Shown here: piece by piece, positions 9,599-19,818 of the stretch
Numbering within the stretch: the stretch's first letter is position 1
How the letters are laid out: the number at the start of each line of letters is the position of its first letter
Assembly: GCA_001774495.1 (NCBI GenBank)
Contig: MFAE01000002.1
Span: 42,372 to 106,371 of the forward strand
Direction: 5' to 3'
Origin: Candidatus Campbellbacteria bacterium RIFOXYC2_FULL_35_25
Lineage (GTDB): Bacteria; Patescibacteriota; Minisyncoccia; Phycocordibacterales; UBA12079
Length of the DNA stretch: 64,000 nucleotides
The notes under the pieces: model-generated
The model's database searches: none
Told to the model about the DNA's origin: nothing
What the model saw: the letters and a program-made list of their open reading frames with translations, nothing else
Position numbers and translations under genes: made by a program

Positions 9599-10372
9599 AT
9601 GAAAATAACAATTTTAGGAAGTGGTTCATTCTATACAAACAAGGAAAGGTCAGGGCCTTCGTATTTGTTAGAAGTTGATGGAAAAAAGATATTAATTGAT
9701 TGCGGTCCTGGAACATTGATGAGACTCTCCCAGCTCGGAGTAAATCCAACAGAAATAGATTATGTATTTATTTCGCATTTTCATGCTGACCATACTAGTG
9801 ATTTATTTGCTTTCCAAATGAACTTCAGATTAAACGACTTTTTTTATGCAAAAAAGTTAGAAAAGTTTCCAACTATTTACGGACCAGTAGGAATTGAAAA
9901 TTTTACTCAAAAATTGTCACAAGCTTATCAGTTACCGGCTTTTGAGGATTGGGTTAACATAAAATATGAGAATCTTAGCAGTACTCTTACGCTTGGGGGG
10001 CTTACAGTGAAATCATTTCGTACAAAACATACTGCTTTTGGGGTTATCGCCGATGCTTACTCATTTAGGTTTGAGTTTGAAGGGAAGTTCGTTGCTTTTT
10101 CTGGTGATAGCATAAAAGACATCGGGGTAGAAAATGCGTCCAAGGATGTAGATTTATTTATTTGTGATTCCTCTTGTACAAAGGGAAATGCTAGTCCGGC
10201 ACATATGGATACTTATGAAATAGGAGAAATCGCTGAAACAAGTAAGGTAAAGAAGGTTGTTTTAAGTCATTTTTATCCAAATACAGAAGATATCGATATG
10301 GTTGGCGAGGTAAAAGAAAAATTCTCAGGTGAAGTCATTCACGGGGAAGATTTTATGGAGTTTAATTTATAA
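9599..10372 (+). CDS. Metallo-beta-lactamase fold hydrolase, RNase Z/BN-like
   Basis: ILGSG, IDCGPG, SHFHADH, FSGD, LSHFYP. Confidence 0.85.
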   Translation: MKITILGSGSFYTNKERSGPSYLLEVDGKKILIDCGPGTLMRLSQLGVNPTEIDYVFISHFHADHTSDLFAFQMNFRLNDFFYAKKLEKFPTIYGPVGIENFTQKLSQAYQLPAFEDWVNIKYENLSSTLTLGGLTVKSFRTKHTAFGVIADAYSFRFEFEGKFVAFSGDSIKDIGVENASKDVDLFICDSSCTKGNASPAHMDTYEIGEIAETSKVKKVVLSHFYPNTEDIDMVGEVKEKFSGEVIHGEDFMEFNL

Positions 10373-10440
10373 ATTATTCTATACCGTACAGAGTAGCTTT
10401 CAACTTTCCACTTTCAACTTTTTATCCTATACTAATACCT

Positions 10441-10641
10441 ATGACTGATTTAGAATTAGAAATTCAACTCAAAGAACAAGCTGAAAAATTAGAGAAGATT
10501 TTTGTTTCCTCAGAAAAAGTAAGAAAATATTTTCTTATAATTTTTTGGGTAACTATTATTACTTTTGCCTTACCATTGCTTGGCATGATAATCTTTTTGC
10601 CGACGATAATAAGCACGCTAACAGCAGGGCTTACGATATAA
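10441..10641 (+). CDS. Small membrane protein
   Basis: Hydrophobic C-terminal half; TATACT 7 nt before ATG. Confidence 0.65.
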   Translation: MTDLELEIQLKEQAEKLEKIFVSSEKVRKYFLIIFWVTIITFALPLLGMIIFLPTIISTLTAGLTI

Positions 10642-11136
10642 ATGAAAAATCAAGAAGTATTAAACAATAATAAAGAAGATTACGGACCTAGCCATAAAGA
10701 ACATATTTTTGCTCAATATAAATTGTATATAACAGGGATTGAGAAATCTAGTGACCGTAGACAAAAAACTAACGATTTTTTTCTTACCATTAACACAGCC
10801 ACTTTAGGTTTTATGGGGGTGGTAAATAAAGTTATTGAAAATGACTCACCTTTTTTGGTGCTAGTTGCATCAATATTTGGAATAATTTTATCAATAATTT
10901 GGTACCGATTAATAAACGCTTATAGAAATATAAATAGAGGAAAATATAAAATCATTCATAAATTGGAGGAACAACTTCCTACAGCCCCTTACAAAATAGA
11001 ATGGGATATATTAGGAAATGGTAAAGACAAGAAAATTTACACACCTATTACTTGTGTAGAAATAGGAGTGCCTGTTATGTTCACCATCCTCTATCTTATA
11101 ATTGTTTCGGTAATTTATTTACCTTATTTTCTCTAA
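10642..11136 (+). CDS. Three-TM membrane protein resembling RipA-like / SLATT-like effectors
   Basis: QYKLY...RRQKTNDFFLTINT...WYRLI..Y..IN.GKYKIIH.LE..LP pattern (recalled family resemblance). Confidence 0.5.
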   Translation: MKNQEVLNNNKEDYGPSHKEHIFAQYKLYITGIEKSSDRRQKTNDFFLTINTATLGFMGVVNKVIENDSPFLVLVASIFGIILSIIWYRLINAYRNINRGKYKIIHKLEEQLPTAPYKIEWDILGNGKDKKIYTPITCVEIGVPVMFTILYLIIVSVIYLPYFL

Positions 11137-11193
11137 CAAAAAATAGTGGATAACTTTTCATCAAAAATTTTTTTCAAATGATACAATTATTCT

Positions 11194-11616
11194 ATGTCTG
11201 ATAATTTTTCCAGCGCCGTTCAATATTTGCAAGAGAATAAAGATAAATATTCTCTTGGTGAATTAAAAGAAAAGCTTAAATTAGCAGGATATTCAGAGGA
11301 TTTAATTTCAAAGGCAGAACAAGCTGTTTCTTCAAATCCAAAACAAAGAGGAAATAACATAAAAGACTTTTTTAAAGGCTTTTTGGGAGTTATTTTAGGG
11401 GTTTTTCTAGTTTTAGGGGTCTTCCGGTTTTTTGTTCCTGTCGTTTCTTTGTTTATTGCTGGTATATTTCTTCTTATAGTTATAATTTTTACTTATTTTA
11501 AGATTAGGAAAAAAAGAAAATATGTTGCAAGAGGGGTTTTGTGGGGATTTTTTCTTTGGTTACTTTTAGTAGCTTTGGTTGGCGCTTTTCTTATTTATTT
11601 GATGATGTTTTGGTAG
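11194..11616 (+). CDS. Membrane protein
   Basis: Three TM segments. Confidence 0.65.
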   Translation: MSDNFSSAVQYLQENKDKYSLGELKEKLKLAGYSEDLISKAEQAVSSNPKQRGNNIKDFFKGFLGVILGVFLVLGVFRFFVPVVSLFIAGIFLLIVIIFTYFKIRKKRKYVARGVLWGFFLWLLLVALVGAFLIYLMMFW

Positions 11617-11653
11617 TTTTTTTATTTTAATATTATTAATTTTTTATATAATC

Positions 11654-13408
11654 ATGGATAACAATTTTGAGGACAAAACTACAGAGATTCTTAATAGCAG
11701 AATAAATGCTATTCAGTCGAAACTTGAAGAGCACGAAAGAAAAATTAATCTTTTGTTAGAAGAAAAGACCGAAAAATTTTCTAATAATGCTTGGGTTAAG
11801 GGTGCCACGACTACTCCTAGTGGAGCTAGTTCATTAGGAGAAGCTCCTTTGCCGCCATCTCCTACAGATAATCAAAAAACAGGGCCATCTGGTTTTGAAA
11901 GATTTGCTAACTGGTTAAAAGAAGATTGGCTTATAAAATTAGGGGCGCTTATTTTGCTGATAGGTCTTGGGTGGCTCGTGTCTTATGCTTTTCTAAATAA
12001 TTGGATTGGTCCTATGGGGCGTATTTCAATGGGTATTATTCTGGGTGTGGCATTGCTAACTTTCGGTTGGTGGAGAATGAACGAATACAAACATCAGGGG
12101 GGAATTTTTTTGGTGGTTGGTTCAACGGCTATCTTACTAACTATTTTTGCTGCCAGAGAAATATACGGATTCTTTACCCCAACTACCGCCCTCATTATGA
12201 TGTTTTTGAGTACCGCGTTTGTTGCACTAAACAGTGTAAAACACGATAGTCGTTCTCTCGCTATTTCAAGTTTACTTTTAGCAGGCATCGCACCGCTCTT
12301 AACCAATCCCACAGGGCTAACTGATATTGCATGGTTCTCTTATCTCTTTGTGATTACTGCCGGGGCCATATGGGTCGTTTCTCTTACTGGTTGGCGTATC
12401 CTAACATCTTTTTCTTTAATAATGATTGCTTTGTACAGCACTCCTCATTTTAGTTGTTCGTTGAATGAAATCGTTTTGCTTTTTGCCTATGCTTTTGTTG
12501 GAATGTTTTTTATTGTCAACATGCTGGGTTTCTTAAAATTAAAAGCCAAAACTATTGGCCCAGATTTATTTACAGCAGCTGGTAGTGGGTTATTTCTTAT
12601 TGCTTGGATTTTGGCGGCAGCTCAAGATGAATGGAAAAGTCTTATTATGGTGGTTTGGGCATTGGTATTTTCAGTCGGAGCATTTATGGTATTTAAAATT
12701 ACACAGAGAAAAGGTCCTTTCTTTGTCTATCTGGCAGTCAGCCTAGGATTACTAGCCGCCGCTACAGCAGCAGAACTTCAAGGAGCTGCCCTCACGATTG
12801 CTTACACTATTGAGAGCGGACTAGTTTCCATTCTTGCTTATCAAGTTTTACGTAATGTTGATATTGTTAAAAAAACAGCCCTATTATTGATAGGCCCAAT
12901 CTTGTTATCTTTCCAAAGTATGGACGCGTATTCTTGGAGAGAGGGTGTTTTTAATGAAGATTTCTTCGTTCTTCTTATTTTAGCCGTTACTTTGCTTGCA
13001 TCAGGATTTTTCTTCTTAGGCGAAAAAAAGGAAGGAGAAAAAGATTCAATAAATATTGGTGCAATTTTGTTCACCATAGGCACAATTTTTATTTACATTC
13101 TTATCTGGTTATCAACTCACGCTCTTTCTTTTATCGAAAATGATACCGCCACAACAGTCTCTCTGTTTATCTTTACGGTTATAGGAATCGGTACTTATAT
13201 TAAGGGGAAGACAAATGATGTAAAAAGTTTTCGCATCTACGGAGGTTTACTACTATTTTTTGTTGTCGGGAGACTTCTTTTAGTTGATGTTTGGCACATG
13301 GGATTAGGTGAAAGAATTTTTACCTTCCTACTTATCGGAGCGCTTCTTATGAGTACCGCTTTTCTTGGTCGCAAGAAAAAGGAACAAATTAATCTTAATA
13401 ATAATTAA
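11654..13408 (+). CDS. DUF2339-like polytopic membrane protein
   Basis: WLIKLGALILLIGLGWLVSYAF..NWIGPMGR; C-terminal RLLLVDVW...RIFTFL..GALL. Confidence 0.8.
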   Translation: MDNNFEDKTTEILNSRINAIQSKLEEHERKINLLLEEKTEKFSNNAWVKGATTTPSGASSLGEAPLPPSPTDNQKTGPSGFERFANWLKEDWLIKLGALILLIGLGWLVSYAFLNNWIGPMGRISMGIILGVALLTFGWWRMNEYKHQGGIFLVVGSTAILLTIFAAREIYGFFTPTTALIMMFLSTAFVALNSVKHDSRSLAISSLLLAGIAPLLTNPTGLTDIAWFSYLFVITAGAIWVVSLTGWRILTSFSLIMIALYSTPHFSCSLNEIVLLFAYAFVGMFFIVNMLGFLKLKAKTIGPDLFTAAGSGLFLIAWILAAAQDEWKSLIMVVWALVFSVGAFMVFKITQRKGPFFVYLAVSLGLLAAATAAELQGAALTIAYTIESGLVSILAYQVLRNVDIVKKTALLLIGPILLSFQSMDAYSWREGVFNEDFFVLLILAVTLLASGFFFLGEKKEGEKDSINIGAILFTIGTIFIYILIWLSTHALSFIENDTATTVSLFIFTVIGIGTYIKGKTNDVKSFRIYGGLLLFFVVGRLLLVDVWHMGLGERIFTFLLIGALLMSTAFLGRKKKEQINLNNN

Positions 13409-13409
13409 T

Positions 13410-14603
13410 ATGAAATCAAAACTTTTATTTTTCGTTGGTGTAATCTTTTTATCAAGCCTCTTTTCTCTTAATGTTTATGGAAAAGAAATAGAAATAATCG
13501 AAGTTATTCCTAGTTTTAGGCAGTACAAGGACATAAACAATCTTTCTATTGTGGTTCCAACTGTTGTAGAAGTCCCTTTTGACAATGAATATTTTGATAG
13601 ATTTGAGTTCGGAGTTGTCGAGGATGATGGCCCTTTATTTAAACCTTCTTTTTTCAATCGAGACATTATCGAAATTCCTCTAACAGTAAACATCAATGGA
13701 GGAGCGTTAGTTACAGAAATGAATGATAATAATACTAGAACATATTCCGAATTTAGTTTACCCGAAAATGCCCAAGGCTCAGCCCAAATAAATATAGCAG
13801 GAGATAAGCTAATAACCTCGTCTTCTTTAACAGTTCTTCTAGATAACAATGTTGCTTTACCAAGATTTATTGAAATCAGAGCTGAAGTAAACGGAGAAAA
13901 TAAAATTGTTGTGGCACGAAGTGAAATGAAAAGTTCGTCAATTCAATTTCCCAAGACAACTTCTGATAAATGGACTTTTATTTTTACTTATTCTCAACCC
14001 CTTCGTATAACAGAACTACGATTAAACCAAGAAAATAAAACGAAAGAAACACAATCTCTTAGATTTCTTGCTCAACCAGGAAGCACTTATCGAATATATT
14101 TTAATCCAGACCAAAGACCTGGAGATGGTGGAGCTGGTGAGTCTGGCGACTTAAGATCAGATAAGGATGTATTGAGGATAGCCCCTGTTGTTTCTTTAAA
14201 TAATCCATTATATAAAAAAGCTGATATTGACGAAGATGGAATCCCTGATGTAAGTGATAATTGTGTTTTGGTTGCAAATGTGGAGCAAGAAGATGTTGAT
14301 GGTAATGGAAGGGGAGATGTTTGCGATGATTTCGATAAAGATGGATTGATTAACAGTAAAGACAATTGCCCTAACCAACCAAACAGATATCAGGAAGATG
14401 AAGACGGTGATGGGATAGGAAATGTTTGTGACGGAGAAGAAAGTAGAATTACTGAAAAATACCCATGGTTGCCGTGGCTTGGCGTTGGTATCGCCGCTGT
14501 TATACTTGTTGTTTTATTTGTTATTACAGCAAAATCTATGACAGTTAAAAAAGAGGACGACGTTGTTGTAGAGGATAATTCAAATAATTTAGATTCTAAT
14601 TAA
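13410..14603 (+). CDS. Surface protein with thrombospondin type-3 repeats
   Basis: DxDxDGIPDxxDNC...N..Q.D.DG.G.GDVCD repeats, signal peptide, C-terminal TM. Confidence 0.85.
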   Translation: MKSKLLFFVGVIFLSSLFSLNVYGKEIEIIEVIPSFRQYKDINNLSIVVPTVVEVPFDNEYFDRFEFGVVEDDGPLFKPSFFNRDIIEIPLTVNINGGALVTEMNDNNTRTYSEFSLPENAQGSAQINIAGDKLITSSSLTVLLDNNVALPRFIEIRAEVNGENKIVVARSEMKSSSIQFPKTTSDKWTFIFTYSQPLRITELRLNQENKTKETQSLRFLAQPGSTYRIYFNPDQRPGDGGAGESGDLRSDKDVLRIAPVVSLNNPLYKKADIDEDGIPDVSDNCVLVANVEQEDVDGNGRGDVCDDFDKDGLINSKDNCPNQPNRYQEDEDGDGIGNVCDGEESRITEKYPWLPWLGVGIAAVILVVLFVITAKSMTVKKEDDVVVEDNSNNLDSN

Positions 14604-14706
14604 AAGGGCAGAAAATTAATTTAAATTTTAACAAAATAGCAGGTAGCTTACATAACTCCTGTTATTTTGATATAATAACGTTATTATACAATTAATAAAA
14701 TAAATC

Positions 14707-15405
14707 ATGAAAAAAATAAATTTAATTCTAGTTGTGATTTTTGCTTTAGTTTTCGTGCCAGCAATCTCTTTTGCTGATAATGCTAAACAAAATAAAGAAG
14801 AAGAAGAAGAACAAAAAGGAGTTCCGATGTTAATTAGTAACAACGAAGGCCTAGGCGATAATGTGAGCACCACAGAAGCAGAAGATGCTGAAGAAAATGA
14901 CGAGATGGATGATATTGATGCCGTAGATTGTATCGGCGATGATTCCGGAACAACCGATTGCATTAATGATGAAAATGATGATTCTGATTCAGCTCCAAAA
15001 ATGGAAAGAAGAAGAAGCCAGGTTGCAAATGCTGTACAAGAAATGGTTCGAGTTTCTGAAAGAGCTGAAGAAGGAATTGGAGAACAGATTAGAGTTATGG
15101 CTCAAGAACAAGAGCAAGAAAGAGAGAGATTGGAGGCGTCTCTATCAGAAGTTTCAAAAAGAGGAGGTTTCGCAAGATTTTTCATTGGTCCAAATTATAG
15201 TGAAATAAAAAAGGCAGAACAATATGTTGAAAAATATAATGAAAGATTAGAAAAGATGGGAGAATTGTCTGTAGAAGTAACAGGAGAAGATTTTACAACA
15301 GCAATTCAATCCCTAAAAGAAGTTGGTGATGAGTTAGACCAAGAAATCGAAAATCAAAAAGGAGGTTTTAGCCTATTTGGTTGGTTGAACAGATTGTTTA
15401 ACTAA
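14707..15405 (+). CDS. Secreted acidic coiled-coil protein
   Basis: Signal peptide, D/E-rich, FFIGPNY and FSLFGW motifs. Confidence 0.65.
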   Translation: MKKINLILVVIFALVFVPAISFADNAKQNKEEEEEQKGVPMLISNNEGLGDNVSTTEAEDAEENDEMDDIDAVDCIGDDSGTTDCINDENDDSDSAPKMERRRSQVANAVQEMVRVSERAEEGIGEQIRVMAQEQEQERERLEASLSEVSKRGGFARFFIGPNYSEIKKAEQYVEKYNERLEKMGELSVEVTGEDFTTAIQSLKEVGDELDQEIENQKGGFSLFGWLNRLFN

Positions 15406-15424
15406 TTTATCTATCTAACTTTTT

Positions 15425-15525
15425 CGTCTTTGCGAGGAAGTTTCCAAAAAATTTAAAAAACTTGTTACGTAGCATGCTACGTAACAAGTTTTTTAAATTT
15501 TTTGGAAACTGACGTGGCAATCCAG
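15425..15525. repeat. REP/RPE-like element CGTCTTTGCGAGG...GCAATCCAG with a 72-bp perfect palindrome
   Basis: Palindrome 15439-15510; shorter copies at 16989-17022, 33476-33510, 42465-42499, 45422-45453. Confidence 0.8.
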
Positions 15526-15601
15526 AATCATACAGAAAGTAAGGCAAGGCCTTACTTTTACTTTATGGACTTTAAAAACTTTTAACTTTATACTTATATT
15601 C

Positions 15602-16354
15602 ATGAATAAATTAATATTTTTAGATACAGAAACAACAGGCAACGATTTAAAGGAGGATCGTTTGTGTCAGGTTGCCTACAAAATAGAAGGTGAGGAAATA
15701 AAAACCAAAAATTTTAAACCAACAGTTCCCATTTCTATCAAAGCCATGAGTATCACCAATATTACAAATGAGATGGTTGAAAATGAATCAGCCTTTAAGG
15801 GGAGTGCCATGGCCGAGGAATTACAAAGTTTGTTTAAAGATGATGTTCTTGTTGCTCATAATGCCAAATTTGATATCGCTATGTTAGAAAATGAAGGGTT
15901 AGAAATTTCTAATTATATTTGTACATTAAGGTTAGCTAGATATTTAGATGAAGAGCAAGAAATTCCAGAATATAATTTGCAATTCCTAAGATATTATTAT
16001 GCTGTTAAATTTTCCGCCGGAGGCGGATCCGCCTCAGGAGGAGATGTTGAAATAGTTGCTCACAGTGCCGACGGGGATGTCCTTGTACTAGAGGCTGTCT
16101 TTAAGCATCTTTATGCTAAAGCAAAAGAAAAATCTAACAATTCTAGCCACGAAGAAATAATAAAAAGAATGATTGATATTTCCAACAAGCCTTCCCTTAT
16201 TCGAAAATTTGCATTTGGAAAACATATCGGGCGTCTTACGGAAGATGTTTTAAAAGAAGACAGGGGATATTTGGAATGGCTGTTGCGAACAAAAAAAGAA
16301 GAGGGAACTGATGAGGATTGGATTCATACTCTTAATTATTACCTATCTAAATAA
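15602..16354 (+). CDS. DEDDh 3'-5' exonuclease (DnaQ/ExoX-like)
   Basis: LDTETTG, VAHNAKFD, AHSADGDV, C-terminal FGKH. Confidence 0.88.
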   Translation: MNKLIFLDTETTGNDLKEDRLCQVAYKIEGEEIKTKNFKPTVPISIKAMSITNITNEMVENESAFKGSAMAEELQSLFKDDVLVAHNAKFDIAMLENEGLEISNYICTLRLARYLDEEQEIPEYNLQFLRYYYAVKFSAGGGSASGGDVEIVAHSADGDVLVLEAVFKHLYAKAKEKSNNSSHEEIIKRMIDISNKPSLIRKFAFGKHIGRLTEDVLKEDRGYLEWLLRTKKEEGTDEDWIHTLNYYLSK

Positions 16355-16476
16355 ATAATTCCAAAATCGGCGCATAATTTTGTCGTTTTCAGAAAAATTA
16401 TTTTCACCTTATGTTCATAAGGCTCAAACAATTTTTCCTCAACTCCTCGTTCCGCATCCAATTTTGGAATTATTTA
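16352..16476. repeat. ~124-nt imperfect-palindrome element (copy 1 of 4)
   Basis: TAAATAAT..AAA.T.G...CGT...TCACC-hairpin-GGCTC...CTCCTC...ATCCAA.TTT..ATTATTTA; also 33207-33330, 35575-35698, 45237-45362. Confidence 0.8.
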
Positions 16477-16604
16477 AAAAATTACGAACAGAGGCCGGGT
16501 CTCTGCGAAGTGAGAGACGCGGCGTCTGGCAGTAATTTTAAAATAACCCAGAAATCAAAAAAGCCTCGCGCTGTGACGCGGGGCTTTCGTCTTCTCAAAA
16601 AAAG

Positions 16605-16889
16605 TTACAGAAATTTCTTCAGTTTGGAAATATAAGGATCTTTCCCTCTTTTTCCACTTTTCCGCCTTCTCTTAGAAGGAAGGTCTCCCAAGAGATTTAT
16701 TGTTGGGATAGGCTCTTGGTGACGAGTCTCGAGAATAAATATTTTCAAAGGATCAGTGTCGCTTTCAACAAGAACGATGTTTGGGTCAGCCCCCAAGAGC
16801 TGTTCTAGCAGAACGCCCTGTGTAACCATTTGATTTTTACCGCAAATTATTAAGGCCATAGTAATAGAACATCGATTGTTTATAGGCAT
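16605..16889 (-). CDS. Orphan protein (SD-class cassette)
   Basis: AGGAGG SD, TTGAGC-N17-TATTCT promoter, terminator ~16557-16588. Confidence 0.65.
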   Translation of the reverse strand: MPINNRCSITMALIICGKNQMVTQGVLLEQLLGADPNIVLVESDTDPLKIFILETRHQEPIPTINLLGDLPSKRRRKSGKRGKDPYISKLKKFL

Positions 16890-17074
16890 TCTTTTTCCTC
16901 CTAAAGAAATAGTTTAATATTCAAGACCTTTTCTACACAAGAGAATATCACAATTCCCTGAACGGCTCAACAGGTTGAGCTAGTCAACCGTCTTTGCAAG
17001 GGCAAAGCTCGAAGCAATCCAGAAATTAAAAACCCCCGCATAACACGGGGATTTTGCTCTTCACGAAAGAGACA

Positions 17075-17407
17075 TCAAGTATTTTTTACTAATGAAATAA
17101 ACTGAGTCTCTCTTTTTTTCTTTCCTCCGAGGCCAAGAGATTTTCCCTCTCGTATACTTCTTGCTTGGACAGCCTCTTCTGGGGACACTTGGAGGATAGA
17201 CATCCTTTCCCAAGCTATTAATTGGCACACAGGACATTCCCGAACAAAAATTGATTGGCTCATTTTTGCACAAAGAGCATCTTCATCCTTTGGCTTCTCG
17301 GAAAATTGCCTCTGGATTTCTTCCTGCCTTTGTTTAGGGTAAAGAATACCATGTTTAGCACACAGAACCCATTTTTGATCATCAAAACCGTGCTCGTTTA
17401 AAGACAT
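17075..17407 (-). CDS. Orphan protein with CxxH/CxxC motifs (SD-class cassette)
   Basis: AAGGAG SD, promoter near-identical to its neighbour's, terminator ~17028-17056. Confidence 0.65.
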   Translation of the reverse strand: MSLNEHGFDDQKWVLCAKHGILYPKQRQEEIQRQFSEKPKDEDALCAKMSQSIFVRECPVCQLIAWERMSILQVSPEEAVQARSIREGKSLGLGGKKKRETQFISLVKNT

Positions 17408-17557
17408 CTTTTCTCTCCTTATCTTGAAGTAAGTTTATTTTCTACACTTTTCCTATTTAGAGAATATCATAATTCCTTGAATGGCTCAACCAGTTGAGCC
17501 ATTCAAGGAAACGAAAGAAAATTCTTCCCAATCGTGTATTAAGGTATAATTACCAAT

Positions 17558-18133
17558 ATGCAGACAAGCAAAAATTGTGAGAATAAAACGGACGAAGAGT
17601 TAGTTGACTTAACTTTGAAAGATAAGGACTATTTTGCGTGTATTATAAGTAGATATGAGGAAAAGCTTTTACGGTATATAAAGAGGATCACAAATATGTC
17701 TAATGAAGAATCCGAAGACATTTTGCAAGAAACTTTCATAAAAGCATATTATAATTTAAATAGTTTTGATTTAGATTTGAAATTTTCTTCCTGGATTTAT
17801 CGTATAACCCACAATCAAACAATCAATGCTCACAGAAAAAACAAGGCTCGCCCCCAAGGGAATTCCGTTGATATAGAAGATCATGTTTTAGAAAATATCA
17901 TCCAGGATTTTGATTTTGTTGAAGAGATAGATTCAAAGTATTTAGCCAAAGATATCAAAAAAATTTTGGATAAATTAGACGAAAAATATAAAGAAATTCT
18001 TATACTAAGATTTTTTGAAGAAAAAGATTACAAAGAAATTTCTGATATTTTAAAGAAGCCGATGGGAACGGTCGCCACATTAATCAATAGGGCCAAAAAA
18101 CAGTTTAAAGATGAGTACCAAAAAATAAATTAA
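17558..18133 (+). CDS. ECF RNA polymerase sigma factor (SigW-like)
   Basis: EDILQETFIKAY, FSSWIYRI, YKEISDIL..PMGTVATLINRAK. Confidence 0.92.
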   Translation: MQTSKNCENKTDEELVDLTLKDKDYFACIISRYEEKLLRYIKRITNMSNEESEDILQETFIKAYYNLNSFDLDLKFSSWIYRITHNQTINAHRKNKARPQGNSVDIEDHVLENIIQDFDFVEEIDSKYLAKDIKKILDKLDEKYKEILILRFFEEKDYKEISDILKKPMGTVATLINRAKKQFKDEYQKIN

Positions 18134-18134
18134 T

Positions 18135-19010
18135 ATGAATAAATTTTCAGAAAAAATACTAAAGAGAATAGAGGAGAAGCATATTTCTCCCAAACCCAGG
18201 TGGCAATTTTTGACCAAAGATATCTTTGTGTGGTTTTTGGGTGCGATTTCTATTTTAGTTGGAGGAATTGCTACTTCTGTAATAATTTTTGTTCTAGTTA
18301 ACAGCGACTGGGAGTCTTACCGTTTTCTTAGCGGAAGTCTGCTAGATCATATAATAAATGTGGCCCCAGTTCTTTGGGTTATTTTCCTAGCTTTTTTTAT
18401 TTTAGGGGCGGATTATAATTTTAAAAATACAAAGAAGGGCTACCGATATAGTGTTTCTGAGGTTGTGGGGATGAGTATATTGGTCAGTGTTATCTTGGGG
18501 GGAATTTTTTACCAAATTGGATTGGCTCATATTACTGATTACGAATTAGGGAATCTCATTGATTACAAAAGATTTACCGAGAAAAGACAGGGTTTATGGA
18601 ATCATCCTAGTGAAGGACTGTTAGTCGGAGCTATCGTTCCTTCAGAAAAAAATGACATTTTGACCTTAAAGGATGCTGATGGAAAAGAATGGAATATCAC
18701 TGTTGGAAAGCTCATGCCTAGGCATTTTATTATATTAGACAATGTTTCCATTGTTTCTTTTAGGGGGGAACAAATTGATGAGAAAACCTTTGAGGCTTGT
18801 GATGTTCGTCCTTGGCAAATTAAGGGAGAAAGTTCTTATTTGCGTAAAAAAATAATGAAGCAAATGGAAGAAGAGGGATTTGAACCTCCAATGATTGGTA
18901 TGGGGATAGGTCCGGGTAAATTAAACGATATTAAGATGAAATTTAAAGAAAATAATTTTGATGAAAGAAATATTTTTCAAATGCGTAATAATAATTGTGA
19001 GAGAGAGTAA
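18135..19010 (+). CDS. Putative membrane anti-sigma factor
   Basis: Abuts the ECF gene, 3 TM segments plus extracellular domain. Confidence 0.6.
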   Translation: MNKFSEKILKRIEEKHISPKPRWQFLTKDIFVWFLGAISILVGGIATSVIIFVLVNSDWESYRFLSGSLLDHIINVAPVLWVIFLAFFILGADYNFKNTKKGYRYSVSEVVGMSILVSVILGGIFYQIGLAHITDYELGNLIDYKRFTEKRQGLWNHPSEGLLVGAIVPSEKNDILTLKDADGKEWNITVGKLMPRHFIILDNVSIVSFRGEQIDEKTFEACDVRPWQIKGESSYLRKKIMKQMEEEGFEPPMIGMGIGPGKLNDIKMKFKENNFDERNIFQMRNNNCERE

Positions 19011-19129
19011 TTTCACTTTTACAAAATCCGGATATTATTAAATTAAAAGCATGTGAAGTTTGTTTTTGGTAAAGGAAAAAGTTTTTAAAATTAAACCCTA
19101 CACCCTAAACACTTCATCCTAATATAATT

Positions 19130-19642
19130 ATGAAGATAAACAAAATATCAATTATAGTTTTCGCACTTTCTCTTATAATCGTAGGCGCCGGGGTAACCAG
19201 TGCTTATGGAGGATTGGGAACAGGAAAACCAGAATTAACAGATGAACAAAAAGCTACCTTAGAACAGATGCATGACCTAAGAATGTCTGGTGACACAGAA
19301 GGGGCTAAAGTTTTGGCTGAAGAGGCAGGATTTCCTCAAATGGGGTTTAGAGGAGAGAGGAGATGTCAATTTACGAATGAACATAGAGAAGATGCCGAGG
19401 AAGCTGTAGAAAATAACGATTACAATGCATTCTTGACAGCCGTGGTAGGTTCTCCGATGGAGGATGTAATTACCCCAGAGATCTTTGCAAAAATGGTTGA
19501 AGCTCATAGTCTTCGCGAAGCAGGAGACATTGAAGGAGCTAGAGAAATTATGCAAGGTCTAGGAATTGGAAAAGGTGAGGGCCAAAAATTATGGGGAGAA
19601 CGACAAGGAAGAGGTATGGGCAGAGGACATTGGAATAAATAA
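19130..19642 (+). CDS. Secreted helical protein (Spy/CpxP-like)
   Basis: Signal peptide, LTDEQK motif, Gly/Arg-rich tail. Confidence 0.55.
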   Translation: MKINKISIIVFALSLIIVGAGVTSAYGGLGTGKPELTDEQKATLEQMHDLRMSGDTEGAKVLAEEAGFPQMGFRGERRCQFTNEHREDAEEAVENNDYNAFLTAVVGSPMEDVITPEIFAKMVEAHSLREAGDIEGAREIMQGLGIGKGEGQKLWGERQGRGMGRGHWNK

Positions 19643-19818
19643 TTAAAAATTTAATAAACCCAAAAAACAACTCCCAGGGGCAAGGCTCCTGGGAGTTGTT
19701 TTTAATTTTAAAATTTCGAACGAGAGGTCATTCCTCCTTATGTAGTGTTGCGCCCGCCCCTGACTGGGAAGCGGAGGGAGAGGTGGGACCTCTTTGAGAA
19801 ATTTGATACAATTTACCC

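Noticed and set aside
16411-16635. 74-aa ORF after the exonuclease (also 35433-35639, 45974-46201)
   Set aside because: Reading frames running through palindromic elements or out of frame in a real gene
19750-19790. Cobalamin riboswitch (CTGGGAAG)
   Set aside because: The other conserved B12-element segments are missing; better explained as a palindromic repeat relative
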